Positions 29,191 to 39,051 are shown, numbered from the stretch's first letter. The stretch is DNA of 64,000 nucleotides from an uncultured Candidatus Saccharibacteria bacterium (GCA_964582465.1 CAZOQX010000002.1:7379-71378), one strand, 5' to 3'. Notes: a model not told the origin generated them from the letters alone. Program-made: numbers and translations.

Positions 29191-29397
29191 TTATTCTTTG
29201 GCGGAAGCCGCTACCTGGCGCTTTGCCATGGTACGGAGACATTGAGAGCAGATTTTTACCTGGAGACTAGTGCCATCAACCTGGATGGTTTTGGCATGCA
29301 GATTAGGACGAAAAACCTTATTGGTCTTGCGCTGCGAAAAGCTGACGTTATGTCCGAATTGTTTACCTTTGCCACAAACGTAGCAGACGTAGGCCAT
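29191..29397 (-). CDS. rpmB: 50S ribosomal protein bL28
   Basis: MAYVCYVCGKGKQFGHNVSFSQRKTNKVFRPNLH signature. Confidence 0.85.
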   Translation of the reverse strand: MAYVCYVCGKGKQFGHNVSFSQRKTNKVFRPNLHAKTIQVDGTSLQVKICSQCLRTMAKRQVAASAKE

Positions 29398-29467
29398 GGC
29401 CTTGTCTCATAATTAATGCTGGGTCAATTTTACAGGTGTGGTTCGGATTCGTCAATTAGCCGGTATA

Positions 29468-30097
29468 ATGAATCCCATGAACTTAATTGCTTTAATCGTA
29501 GCTTTCCTGCTTGCCCTGACTTTGCACGAGTTTGCTCACGCTTGGGTGAGTAACTATCTGGGCGATGATACCGCCAGATTGCAGGGCCGTTTGAGCTTAA
29601 ATCCGCTGGCGCACATTGACCCCGTGATGACGCTAGCCCTGCCGGTGCTTCTGATCCTGGTGCATTCGCCGGTAGTATTCGGCGCCGCCCGGCCGGTGCC
29701 TTTTAACCCTTGGGCGGTCCGTTATGGCAAATGGGGAGCAGCATTGGTAGCTTTGGCTGGCCCAGCTATGAACTTTTTGCTGGCAGTCTTATTTGCGCTT
29801 TGGCTGCGGTTTGTGCCGTTGTCGCAAGGCGCTATCAGCTTCTTCATCACCATTATCTCGGTTAACGTCGCTCTGGGTGTCTTTAACTTGATTCCGATTC
29901 CGCCACTCGATGGCTCCCGGGTACTTTACGCCGCCGCTCCACCCGGCTTACGCGAGGTAATGGACCGGATTGAGCGGGCCGGCTTTGTGGCGATCTTGGT
30001 CCTATTCTTAATTGCTGGGCCTTATTTGGGCCAATTTATCGCCGTGATCGTTCGCGCCGTTCTAAGCTTGCTCATACCTGGGCTCACGGGCTTTTAA
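29468..30097 (+). CDS. site-2 protease-like M50 family zinc metalloprotease (small membrane form)
   Basis: HEFAHAW (HExxH) in first TM helix, LNPLAHID motif, GGAARP motif. Confidence 0.7.
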   Translation: MNPMNLIALIVAFLLALTLHEFAHAWVSNYLGDDTARLQGRLSLNPLAHIDPVMTLALPVLLILVHSPVVFGAARPVPFNPWAVRYGKWGAALVALAGPAMNFLLAVLFALWLRFVPLSQGAISFFITIISVNVALGVFNLIPIPPLDGSRVLYAAAPPGLREVMDRIERAGFVAILVLFLIAGPYLGQFIAVIVRAVLSLLIPGLTGF

Positions 30098-30329
30098 CCA
30101 TCTGCCGCCGCGGTTATAATGAAAGAGCCTCTGTGGCATAGGCTTGAAGCGGTAATTTTTCCTGGTTACTCAAAGCTATAGGGAATCTTAGATCAAGCGA
30201 ACCCGTGGGTTGGCTTTGCGGATACCCACCTGTCTCAAGACAGGAAAAGAGCTCGCTTCTAACCGTGAACCGGAGGCTTTTTGATTACCTAAATTGCAAA
30301 CCGTCGTTCGGTTTGCCAAACTTAGATTA

Positions 30330-30405
30330 CGGGGTGTGGCGCAGTTGGTAGCGCGTACGGCTGGGGGCCGTGAGGTCGCAGGTTCGAGCCCTGTCACCCC
30401 GACCA
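30330..30405 (+). tRNA. tRNA-Pro (GGG)
   Basis: Acceptor CGGGGTG/CACCCCG, anticodon loop CTGGGGG, T-loop GGTTCGAGCC, CCA encoded. Confidence 0.75.
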
Positions 30406-30412
30406 AAAAGCT

Positions 30413-30814
30413 ATGATTAAAAACTCTCAAAAACTCTGCGAATTTTGTGATCGGTCTCTGCTTGAAAGAGGCCAATTAATCGTCGAAAAAAACCTTGTTT
30501 ATGCGATCTGGGACAAGTATCCCGCCAGTCCGGGCCACGCGTTAATCATTCCAACTGCCCATGTAGTCTCTTTTTTCGACTTGTCAGACCCTCAAGCGCA
30601 GGCTCTCTATCAGCTTGCAAGAGAGATTAGAGATGTAATCAAGGCGAAATTCAAACCTAATGGGTTTAATATTGGCGTGAACGATGGCGTTGCCGCGGGC
30701 CGAATGGTTCATCACCTGCATGTCCACATGATCCCTCGCTATAAAGGTGACGTTAAAGATCCGAGCCAGGGAATTAAAAAAGGACTAATTATGCAATTCG
30801 AGAGCAAGGAATAG
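30413..30814 (+). CDS. HIT-family hydrolase
   Basis: Histidine triad HHLHVHMIPR. Confidence 0.8.
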   Translation: MIKNSQKLCEFCDRSLLERGQLIVEKNLVYAIWDKYPASPGHALIIPTAHVVSFFDLSDPQAQALYQLAREIRDVIKAKFKPNGFNIGVNDGVAAGRMVHHLHVHMIPRYKGDVKDPSQGIKKGLIMQFESKE

Positions 30815-30815
30815 T

Positions 30816-31235
30816 ATGCACTTCGACGAAGTAGTGGTTTATACGGATGGGGGAGCGCGGGGTAACCCGGGCCCGGCAGCTTCTGGCGTGGTGATAATGA
30901 CCCCCGACGAGCAGATTATTGATGCCTTTGGGGTCTATCTCGGGGAAACCACCAATAATCAGGCCGAATATCGGGCAATTAAATTTGGTTTAGAGAAGGC
31001 CAGGAGCCTCGGCGCGACCAAAATTCGCTTTTATATGGATAGTGAGCTTGCGATGCGGCAGCTTACCGGCCGCTACCGGGTTAAAAACCAGGATCTATTG
31101 CCGATCTTTCAGGAAATTAAGATGATGGCCGCGGCCTTGGATGTAACTTATGAGCATATTCCGCGGGCTAAAAACAAGCTGGCAGACGAGCAAGTGAATA
31201 TTGCGATTGATCGCGCTCTCGGATTGCAAAAGTAG
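30816..31235 (+). CDS. rnhA: ribonuclease HI
   Basis: VYTDGGARGNPGPAASG start motif, DSELAMRQL, catalytic D/E pattern. Confidence 0.8.
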   Translation: MHFDEVVVYTDGGARGNPGPAASGVVIMTPDEQIIDAFGVYLGETTNNQAEYRAIKFGLEKARSLGATKIRFYMDSELAMRQLTGRYRVKNQDLLPIFQEIKMMAAALDVTYEHIPRAKNKLADEQVNIAIDRALGLQK

Positions 31236-31259
31236 TGCGCAAGCGTTAGAATTGCAGTC

Positions 31260-31672
31260 GGTCCAGATTATTGGATAGCTGCTCGTGTCGAAAGGCGCGA
31301 GAGGAAAGTCCGGACAGCTTAGAGCGTGGTGGTTGCTAACGGCAACCGGGAGTAAATCCCGCGTCGTTTCTCTCGAGAAAACGGTGCCGGGAAGAAGCCT
31401 AGGGAAAGTGCCACAGAAACAATACCGCCTTCGTTTTCGAAGGTAAGGGTGAAAAGATAAGAGGTAAGAGCTCTTAAGTCCTTGTCGGTGACGGCAAGGA
31501 GCGGTAAACCCCACCTGCTGCAAGGAGTCGGCTACCCGAAAGGGCTGGTGCTCGCCAGGCCGGCGTTTGAACCCGCACGACCCTACTGGCAACGGTAGGG
31601 CAAGATAGATAGCTATCCATTTCGCCGTAAAAAGCGGAGGGACAGAATCCGGCTTACAGATAATCTGGACCA
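31260..31672 (+). ncRNA. rnpB: RNase P RNA, bacterial type A
   Basis: Conserved blocks GAGGAAAGTCCGGAC, ACAGAAAC, GGTAAACCCCACC, ACAGAATCCGGCTTAC; P1 formed by GGTCCAGATTAT / ATAATCTGGACC; ends +-5 nt. Confidence 0.85.
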
Positions 31673-31680
31673 TCAAAGAT

Positions 31681-31705
31681 CCCGCCTTTTCGGCGGGGTT
31701 TTTGA
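31681..31705 (+). terminator. rho-independent terminator after rnpB
   Basis: CCCGCC-TTTTC-GGCGGG followed by GTTTTT. Confidence 0.7.
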
Positions 31706-31738
31706 TTTGCTAACCTTAAGCTATACTTGTAACTGCCA

Positions 31739-33196
31739 ATGCGTACGCGTTTCGAGCTATTCTTTAACCTGATTTTAATCCCAGTTGACTTCCTAGCCAC
31801 CATGGCCGCCTTTGTAGTGGCCTATATTATTCGCGTCAAAATCTCCGGTCGCCCCGTGGCGCACCCCCTAAGCGCCATACTTTATCTGAAGATTTTTTTA
31901 TTGATCCTGCCGGTCTGGATCTTAATTTTCGCATTGGCCGGATTATACAACATGTCGGGGCTCAAAGGACGCTGGGAGGAGATCGGAAAAGTGTTCGTGG
32001 CCGTTTCTGGTGGTACGATGTTCGTGATTTTGGTGGACTTCTTGAGCCGGCAACCCATCTTTCCCTCAAAGGCGGTGCCAATTTATGGTTATGCGCTGAG
32101 CTTTATCTTCGTGCTCCTGGCGCGTTGGATCTTGAAGAAACTAAGACATTACCTCTATCACTTTAAGATCGGAACCAAGAAGGCTCTAATCATTGGAAGC
32201 GGCGAGATTGCGCAGCAAATCAAAGATTATCTTTTTAACACAGCAGTCTCGGGGTATCAGCTAGTCGGTGTGGTCGATAATTCTCGGGGGAGCAAGCGTC
32301 GGATGGCGCCTTTGCCGCATTATCGCACTTTTGTGCAGGCCATTGCTAAGCACGGCCGGGCGATCGATGAAATTATCCAGGCCGATTCTGCTCTGGAGCC
32401 GGACGAGATCTTGGAAATGGTGAATTACTCCCAAAATAACCATTTGGTTTACCGATTCGTACCTAATCAGTTTGGGTTGTTCGCCACTAATTCGACTGTG
32501 GGCACCATGGGTAGCATCCCCATGGTTGAATTCAAAAAAACGCCCCTCGACGGATGGGGAAGAGTGTTCAAGCGTGCCTTCGATCTATTAATTGATATTC
32601 CGGCTTTGGTTGTAGCACTACCGATTTTTGTGATTATTGGACTGGGCATTAAATTGACCGATCCGGGTCCGGTTTTCTATAAGCATAAACGACTCAGCCG
32701 GGTGGGTAAGCCGATGTACGTTTATAAGTTTCGGACGATGTACCTCAAATATTGCACTGGCGAAGCCTATGGCGGTAAGACTGATGCCGAGATTTTTACA
32801 ACGGACCTGAAACAGCCGGAGCTGGTGAGGGAGTTCGAGAAAGAGCAAAAACTAGCCGACGACCCGAGAGTAACACCATTTGGGCGCTTTTTGCGCCGGA
32901 CGAGCCTGGATGAACTACCCCAGCTAGTTAATGTTCTGCGGGGTGATCTCAGTCTGGTGGGCCCGCGCCCAATCGTGGAAGCAGAATTAAAGCATTACGG
33001 TGAAGATCAGGCCACCTTCTTGGCGCTAAAGCCAGGCGTAACGGGTTTGTGGCAAATATCCGGCCGCAGCGATTTAAGCTATAGTGAGCGGGTGAAATTA
33101 GATATTTATTATGTTGAGCGCTGGAGCATTTGGCTCGATATTAGGATTCTACTCAAATCAGCGGCGGTAATTTTAAGGCGCAAAGGAGCCTATTAG
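31739..33196 (+). CDS. polyprenyl glycosylphosphotransferase (WbaP/WcaJ-type, TM + bacterial sugar transferase domain)
   Basis: 4-5 N-terminal TM helices, C-terminal FKRAFDLL...KFRTM...LDELPQLVNVLRGDLSLVGPRP. Confidence 0.8.
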   Translation: MRTRFELFFNLILIPVDFLATMAAFVVAYIIRVKISGRPVAHPLSAILYLKIFLLILPVWILIFALAGLYNMSGLKGRWEEIGKVFVAVSGGTMFVILVDFLSRQPIFPSKAVPIYGYALSFIFVLLARWILKKLRHYLYHFKIGTKKALIIGSGEIAQQIKDYLFNTAVSGYQLVGVVDNSRGSKRRMAPLPHYRTFVQAIAKHGRAIDEIIQADSALEPDEILEMVNYSQNNHLVYRFVPNQFGLFATNSTVGTMGSIPMVEFKKTPLDGWGRVFKRAFDLLIDIPALVVALPIFVIIGLGIKLTDPGPVFYKHKRLSRVGKPMYVYKFRTMYLKYCTGEAYGGKTDAEIFTTDLKQPELVREFEKEQKLADDPRVTPFGRFLRRTSLDELPQLVNVLRGDLSLVGPRPIVEAELKHYGEDQATFLALKPGVTGLWQISGRSDLSYSERVKLDIYYVERWSIWLDIRILLKSAAVILRRKGAY

Positions 33197-34311
33197 TGGC
33201 CGAGGCGCTGCGAGTTGCCCTGGTTCACGATTGGCTGACGAATCAAGGTGGTGGCGAGCGCGTGCTTTGGGCGCTGCACCGGGCTTTCCCGGAAGCGCCG
33301 ATTTATACCTCGGTTTTTAAGCCCTCAGCCTTGCCGCAGTTTGCCAAACTTGACGTTAGAACCTCATTTTTACAGGGCTGGCCGCTTGCTAAAACCAAGC
33401 ACCAGCTCTATCCAGTACTTAGAACCTGGGCGTTTGAAAGCTTTGATTTTAGTGATTATGATGTTGTGATTTCTTCAAGCTCAGCCGAATCGAAGGGAGT
33501 AGTGACGCCTGCTGCCACCATGCAAATTGCCTACATTCATACGCCGGTGCGCTATTACTGGAGTGATTACCAAAGTTATATGCGCTCGCCAGGCTTTGGG
33601 CTGCTTAACGGCCTCGTTCGTTTAGTCGCACCTCGCCTGATTCGTAAAATGCGCGAGTGGGACTTTGCAGCGGCGCAGCGGCCCGATTACTTAATTGCTA
33701 ATTCTAAAGTGGTACAGCGGCGAATCGAAAAATATTATCGCCGGCCTTCCGAGGTAATACACCCACCGATCGATGCCAGTCGGTTTCGGGTCGGTACTGG
33801 CCAGCGTGATTATTTTTTGGTTTTGTCTCGGCTGATACCGTATAAGCGGGCAGATTTGGCGGTAGTAGCGACTAAGGAGCTCGATTTGCCCCTGGTTGTG
33901 GCCGGTTCGGGCGGCGAGCTGGGGCGCTTGAAGAGTTTAGCCGGCCCCAAGACTAAGTTCATACATGGCCCCACAGATGAGGAAGTGTCGGAATTAATGG
34001 CTGGCGCCAAGGCGTTAATTTTTGCAGCTGAGGAAGATTTTGGCCTGGTCCCCCTCGAAGCAATGGCAGCTGGGACACCAGTCATTGCCTATGGCCGTGG
34101 CGGGGCGCTCGAGACAGTTATTCCAGGTAAAACAGGTTTGTTTTTCTCAGAGCAAACGGTGGTGAGCTTGCTTTCAGCTCTACGAAAATTTGATTCTTCA
34201 AAGTACGATCCAGCCATGCTTAGATCTCATGCTGAAAAGTTTGACGAAGCCGTCTTTATTCGCCAGATGCAGCAGTTTGTAACTGATAAAAACCGAGAGT
34301 TTACTTCTTAG
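33196..34311 (+). CDS. family 4 (GT-B, group 1) glycosyltransferase
   Basis: EEDFGLVPLEAMAAGTPVIA sugar-donor binding motif. Confidence 0.8.
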   Translation: MAEALRVALVHDWLTNQGGGERVLWALHRAFPEAPIYTSVFKPSALPQFAKLDVRTSFLQGWPLAKTKHQLYPVLRTWAFESFDFSDYDVVISSSSAESKGVVTPAATMQIAYIHTPVRYYWSDYQSYMRSPGFGLLNGLVRLVAPRLIRKMREWDFAAAQRPDYLIANSKVVQRRIEKYYRRPSEVIHPPIDASRFRVGTGQRDYFLVLSRLIPYKRADLAVVATKELDLPLVVAGSGGELGRLKSLAGPKTKFIHGPTDEEVSELMAGAKALIFAAEEDFGLVPLEAMAAGTPVIAYGRGGALETVIPGKTGLFFSEQTVVSLLSALRKFDSSKYDPAMLRSHAEKFDEAVFIRQMQQFVTDKNREFTS

Positions 34312-34645
34312 CTTGTTCAACCACGGCCTTGAAGGCATCGGGATGATTAGAGGCGAGCTCGCTTAAAATTTTGCGATCAAGTTCAATGCCGGCCTTTTTG
34401 GTGCGCCCCATGAATTCACTGTAAGATAGGCCAAAAGCTTCGAGTCCAGCGTTAATGCGAGCGATCCAGAGCGAGCGGAAGTCGCGCTTCCGGCCACGCC
34501 GGTCGCGGTAACTATAGCTCAGTGATTTTAGGACGGCTTCGCGGGCGCGCCTAACACTGCGACGACGGCTTAGACCCATGCCCCTTACCTGCTCGCGCAG
34601 TTTTTTATGTCGCTGGTGTGAGGTGACTCCTCGTTTGACTCTCAT
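34301..34645 (-). CDS. rplT: 50S ribosomal protein bL20
   Basis: MRVKRGVTSHQRHKK...RDRRGRKRDFR signature. Confidence 0.9.
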   Translation of the reverse strand: MRVKRGVTSHQRHKKLREQVRGMGLSRRRSVRRAREAVLKSLSYSYRDRRGRKRDFRSLWIARINAGLEAFGLSYSEFMGRTKKAGIELDRKILSELASNHPDAFKAVVEQAKK

Positions 34646-34839
34646 TACTTCCCCAGTAGCTTCTTAATGTTGGCCATGTCGCCGGCGGAAAATTCAAATT
34701 CTTTGACATAATTGCGTTTACGGGAGGCCTGTTTGCCAGCCAGCAGGTGACTACGAAAAGCGTGCCGGTGCATTAATTTACCAGCGCCGGTCAGCTTTAT
34801 CCGCTTGGCGGTTCCTTGATGAGTTTTTAGTTTAGGCAT
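34645..34839 (-). CDS. rpmI: 50S ribosomal protein bL35
   Basis: MPKLKTHQGTAKRIKLTGAGKLMHRHA signature. Confidence 0.9.
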   Translation of the reverse strand: MPKLKTHQGTAKRIKLTGAGKLMHRHAFRSHLLAGKQASRKRNYVKEFEFSAGDMANIKKLLGK

Positions 34840-35344
34840 TCTTTTTGGCTCCCATCACCATATTTAGTTCTCGCCCAGTGAGCTGAATGGCTTGCTCGAT
34901 TTCGCCGTGCTCGGCGAGGCCCGTGGCAAACTTCTGGATAACGTTCTGCCCGAGCTCGCGGTGGGTAATCTCCCGCCCCCGCAGTAGCAAGCTAATTTTT
35001 ACCTTTGATCCTTCTTGGAGGAAGCGCTCGGCTTGCTTATGCTTCACATCTATATCATGCTCACCAATTTTGAGGCTAAGGCGAACTTGTTTGACTTCAA
35101 TGCTGCGCTGTTTCTTCCGGCTCTTTTGCTGTTGTTTGGTCTGTTCGTAACTGTATTTGCCCCAGTCCAGAATTTTGGCAACTGGAGGATTGGCTTGGGG
35201 GGCGATTTCGGCTAGATCCAGACCTTTGGCCTCAGCGCGGGCCAGTGCTTCCGTTAAAGCGACGACGCCAAGCTGCTCACCACCAACATCGATTAATCTC
35301 ACCTGAGGTGCGCGGATTTCCTGATTGAGTCGAACTCTTTTGAT
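34832..35344 (-). CDS. infC: translation initiation factor IF-3, probable ATC (AUC) start
   Basis: IF3 N- and C-domains; frame open upstream of first GTG/ATG; AAGGAG 6 nt before ATC codon at 35344-35342; non-AUG start is the known infC autoregulatory feature. Confidence 0.8.
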   Translation of the reverse strand: MKRVRLNQEIRAPQVRLIDVGGEQLGVVALTEALARAEAKGLDLAEIAPQANPPVAKILDWGKYSYEQTKQQQKSRKKQRSIEVKQVRLSLKIGEHDIDVKHKQAERFLQEGSKVKISLLLRGREITHRELGQNVIQKFATGLAEHGEIEQAIQLTGRELNMVMGAKKNA

Positions 35345-35418
35345 TAACTACTCCTTAGCTTCTCTGGTTGCCTAGTCTATCAGAAAACCGCTTGCCGGGC
35401 AATAGCCAGGAAGGCTGA

Positions 35419-36252
35419 TTATTGTACGCGGGCTGTCACGAAGCGTACCTTGCGCCCAGTTAGGCGAATGGCAATGGGGGTTTGGGCACCAAGCTTGCCG
35501 TCAATGGTAATCTCGGTAGCGGGCTTGGTCTCGATAACGGCGCGGTTGGCCGTAAAGCGGCTGCTAGTGAGTTCTTCCGTATTGCCCGTCAATTTTTGCC
35601 AGGCTAGACTGACTAAGCGTGGTGTTGGTTGACTACCCCAACTGATCACTAGCTTATCGCGCAGCAGTGGGTTTAAAAATTTCTGATTAGTGATGGTGAG
35701 AGTGGTCATTTCCGCAAATATTTCAATTGCGTCATCTAAGGTGATGTGACAGGAGAGCGGGAGAGTATCTTTAGCCTGCCTGAGTTGCTGGCGCAAACCC
35801 AAGATAGCCTGGAGCTTGCTCGCAGATGTGTCCTCCTGCTCGGTTTCACGCCCGATGGTGAGGGTAGAGAGAAAGGCGTGCTGTCCGGCCGCGATCAAAC
35901 TGTAGCTAACCAGCCGACGACTAGCCAGGGCGGCACAGGCCTGCTGCCAATCGGTGATGCCCAGTTGCTCAGCTAGACGATTACGCTCGCCCAGCGGTAT
36001 AACGCCGATTGCCACATCGGCCGTGCGGGCGCCATTTATGACCTCATTTACCGTGTCGTCTCCCCCGACAGCTACAATTGTCGTGGCACCGGCGACTACG
36101 GCTTGTTTCGCGAGTTTGGTGGCATCACCCAGTCCGGTGGTTTTGACGAATTGGCCGGAGATGCCAAGTTCGTCTAAGCGCTGCTTGAGTTTATCTTGCA
36201 GGCCAGCCAGCTTGGCGCCGCCTGCGACCGGATTCAAAATATAGTAGTACAT
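35419..36252 (-). CDS. diacylglycerol kinase catalytic-domain lipid kinase (YegS/BmrU family)
   Basis: ILNPVAGG...IVAVGGDDTVNEVING motif. Confidence 0.75.
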   Translation of the reverse strand: MYYYILNPVAGGAKLAGLQDKLKQRLDELGISGQFVKTTGLGDATKLAKQAVVAGATTIVAVGGDDTVNEVINGARTADVAIGVIPLGERNRLAEQLGITDWQQACAALASRRLVSYSLIAAGQHAFLSTLTIGRETEQEDTSASKLQAILGLRQQLRQAKDTLPLSCHITLDDAIEIFAEMTTLTITNQKFLNPLLRDKLVISWGSQPTPRLVSLAWQKLTGNTEELTSSRFTANRAVIETKPATEITIDGKLGAQTPIAIRLTGRKVRFVTARVQ

Positions 36253-36629
36253 CAGTCGGTTTTATTATCTGTTATAGCTGTTTCCGCGGCTGTCATCTTA
36301 GTTTGTCCAGAAAAAATCGCTCCAGCCGATATGGCTAAACTCGAAGTAACAATGTTGCCCTGGACCCGTCCAGTTTCCAAGATTGAGGTTTGCTCCTTCG
36401 CGTTGATGTCGCCCACCAAGTGGCCTCCGACAGTGATGTTTCTCGCCTGAACATTAGCCTTCACCTTGGCGTTGTAACCAATCGTAACGTCGCCGGTGGT
36501 TTTGATGTCGCCCTCAAGCGTGCCGTCTACCACGACATCGCTCTCGCTTACTAGATCTCCCTTAACCTTCACGCCTGGTCCAATGATGGTATCGGCTTGG
36601 ATGCCGAGGGCGTCGTGACTGCGGTTCAT
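36252..36629 (-). CDS. bactofilin
   Basis: Repetitive beta-helical G-x-V/I pattern (VKGDLVSESDVVVDGTLEGDIKT...). Confidence 0.75.
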   Translation of the reverse strand: MNRSHDALGIQADTIIGPGVKVKGDLVSESDVVVDGTLEGDIKTTGDVTIGYNAKVKANVQARNITVGGHLVGDINAKEQTSILETGRVQGNIVTSSLAISAGAIFSGQTKMTAAETAITDNKTD

Positions 36630-37111
36630 TTTGCCTCCTTTAATGTGGCCGTGCGGGCCTTCGCCTGCTTTAAGGCCAGCTTTTCTTCCGTTGAAAGGGT
36701 GTATTTGCTCTTGCCGTAGTCTACTGGCTTCACGTAGACTCTGGTACCTTGTCGGCCGTGGATACTAGTTAGGACGTAGCCCGAGTCTTGTCCGTCCAAA
36801 ACGGCGATGGCAAAGCTCTGATCGCCGCCGGTGTCGCCAAACGGGTTAAACCGCACGATCGAAACCTTTTGCGAGGCCAAGGCCAAATTAGCCTCGATAG
36901 CTTGGCGTCTAGTGTCGAGTTCGTTTAAGACTTTGGCGTTGCCTTTAAGCTCGATTTGAATATGTTTCAAAATCTGTTCTAGGTCGCTTGATTCTTCCCC
37001 GAAAAGCTGCTTTAAGCGATTCCTGATTTGATTAATTTGCCAGAGGGCCAAGGCAATTAAGACCGTAAGAACGGCCAAACCGATCGTACTCCAACTCGCC
37101 GGTAGTGTCAT
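36626..37111 (-). CDS. DUF4446-family protein with N-terminal TM helix
   Basis: RFNPFGDTGGDQSFAIAVLD motif; ATG at 37111 (ORF track alternative 37204). Confidence 0.55.
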   Translation of the reverse strand: MTLPASWSTIGLAVLTVLIALALWQINQIRNRLKQLFGEESSDLEQILKHIQIELKGNAKVLNELDTRRQAIEANLALASQKVSIVRFNPFGDTGGDQSFAIAVLDGQDSGYVLTSIHGRQGTRVYVKPVDYGKSKYTLSTEEKLALKQAKARTATLKEAK

Positions 37112-37160
37112 CTTAACCAGTATAGCAAATGCTACTCTGGTAGCGTGATAGAATACCTCT

Positions 37161-37445
37161 ATGGCAAAAACTCGCAATAAAAAGAAGCACAAGGGGCAGC
37201 ACAAACGGCGTGATCACAACCGTCCGGTTGCTGCGCCTAGCTCAGTTTCTCCGCCGGTGGCGGCAGCCGTGGCAGAGCCGCCCAGAGAAGTGCAGACACC
37301 CGAACCGGCCACAGTATCCACGAGCGATTTTTATTATGTGCGCAGCGAAGTAAGGCGGATTGGGTTGTTAGCGTTATTATTTGTTGGGCTGGAAGTCGGA
37401 TTCTGGATAGTTGCTCACTTAACTTCTCTAGGCTCTAAACTCTAG
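37161..37445 (+). CDS. small basic/membrane hypothetical protein
   Basis: Lys-rich N-terminus, one TM helix; weak RBS. Confidence 0.3.
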   Translation: MAKTRNKKKHKGQHKRRDHNRPVAAPSSVSPPVAAAVAEPPREVQTPEPATVSTSDFYYVRSEVRRIGLLALLFVGLEVGFWIVAHLTSLGSKL

Positions 37446-38934
37446 CCCGATACTGCATGGCTTCGGCCAGGTGAGCAGCCGAGATACTTTCGGCTTCCGC
37501 CAGATCCGCGATTGTCCGGGCGACTTTTAACATTCGGAGGTACAGTCTGGCTGATAGGCCCAGGCTGGAGAGGGCTTGCTCGGCCAACTGCTTTGCCGAC
37601 TGATCTAGCGCACAGTAATTTCTGATGTCGGAATTATCCATATCGGCGTTAGTCCGATCGTCGCCGAATCGAGCTTGCTGAACCAATCGAGCGTTTTGGA
37701 CTCGCGTAGCCACGGTTTCGCTGGGCTCGGTCGAGACCCCCTCAATCAGGCTTGATTGCTTCACTCGGCTGACATTTACAATCAGGTCGATGCGATCAAG
37801 TAATGGACCGGAAATTTTGCGGCGATAACGAGTGATTTGACTCAAGCTACAAGAACAATTAGTCGAGCTATCGCCAGCATATCCGCATGGACAGGGGTTT
37901 TGGGTAGCAACCAAGATAAACTTGGCCGGTAAGGTTAGTGAACCGGTCGCTCTCGCGATGGTCACTTGGCCATCTTCGAGTGGTTGGCGTAGAGCTTCGA
38001 GCACACCACGCGGGAATTCCGGTAGCTCATCAAGGAATAGGATGCCGAGATGACTTAAACTAATCTCACCGGGTTTAGGAAAGCGGCCGCCGCCAATCAG
38101 GGCGATGTCGCTGGCTGTGTGGTGAGGGCTGCGGAGGGGTCTGGTTTCAACTACACCATGGACCGCTTGGCCGGCCAGGCTGTGCAGTTTGGTAATCTCG
38201 ATCATCTCTTGGTAGGAAGGTGGGGGCAGCAGGCCAAGCAAGGCCTTAGCGAGCAGCGTCTTGCCTGCACCGGGCGGGCCCGACATCAGTAAATTATGCC
38301 CGCCGGCAGCCGCGATTTCGAGGGCACGCTTAGCCTGCTCCTGACCATAAATCCAGCTCAGATCGGCCGCTCCTGTGGCCATCTGTCCAGCCGGCTTGTG
38401 AGCGCGGCGGTAAGGTGCAAGTGGAGCCTCGCCGATCAGGTGCCGATACAACTGCCGCAAGTTTTCTAGCGGATAGACATCAATCCCCTCAACTAAAGCT
38501 GCCTCGGCCGCGTTCGCCTCGGGCAAAAAGATTTTACTAACCCCGGCGCGTCTGGCTAGCTCAGCGTAGACCAAACTGCCCCGAATCGGTCGCAGTCTTC
38601 CCTCAAGTGATAACTCTCCGACGAAGAGGGTATCGGTGGGTGTCTCTTCAATTTGCTCACTGGCTGCCAGGATGGCTACGGCCATGGCCAAATCGTAGCT
38701 GGTACCATCTTTGGGGAGATCGGCCGGTGCTAGATTTAAGGTGATGCGTTTGGGCGGCAACACGAGATTGCTATTTTTGATGGCGCCGCGAATGCGCTCT
38801 TTGGCTTCATCGACGGCTTTATCGGCCAGTCCGACTATGATTAAAGAGGGCAGACTGTTTGAGAGGTCACATTCAACCTCTACTAATGCTCCTTCGAGTC
38901 CGGCTAGGGCCGGGGCATTGACTTTTGCTAACAT
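37435..38934 (-). CDS. comM: Mg-chelatase-like AAA+ ATPase YifB/ComM
   Basis: Lon-like N domain, Walker A GPPGAGKT, ChlI-type C-terminal domain. Confidence 0.88.
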   Translation of the reverse strand: MLAKVNAPALAGLEGALVEVECDLSNSLPSLIIVGLADKAVDEAKERIRGAIKNSNLVLPPKRITLNLAPADLPKDGTSYDLAMAVAILAASEQIEETPTDTLFVGELSLEGRLRPIRGSLVYAELARRAGVSKIFLPEANAAEAALVEGIDVYPLENLRQLYRHLIGEAPLAPYRRAHKPAGQMATGAADLSWIYGQEQAKRALEIAAAGGHNLLMSGPPGAGKTLLAKALLGLLPPPSYQEMIEITKLHSLAGQAVHGVVETRPLRSPHHTASDIALIGGGRFPKPGEISLSHLGILFLDELPEFPRGVLEALRQPLEDGQVTIARATGSLTLPAKFILVATQNPCPCGYAGDSSTNCSCSLSQITRYRRKISGPLLDRIDLIVNVSRVKQSSLIEGVSTEPSETVATRVQNARLVQQARFGDDRTNADMDNSDIRNYCALDQSAKQLAEQALSSLGLSARLYLRMLKVARTIADLAEAESISAAHLAEAMQYRARV

Positions 38935-39051
38935 GGTTTTCTCCTGTTGCCGGCTATTTTAACCGAACACAAACCGTACAGTCAAGCATGAGAGTAATAT
39001 TGTTGTCAGTGATTATTTACAAACTCACAAACTCTTGGTATAGTTAACGCC

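Noticed and set aside
30188-30475. 95-aa minus-strand ORF (and similar 18006-18200, 63661-63891)
   Set aside because: Each overlaps a tRNA gene on the opposite strand; these are artefacts of tRNA-complement open frames.
31095-31676. 193-aa minus-strand ORF
   Set aside because: Antisense to the RNase P RNA, whose conserved blocks are unmistakable; there is also no RBS.
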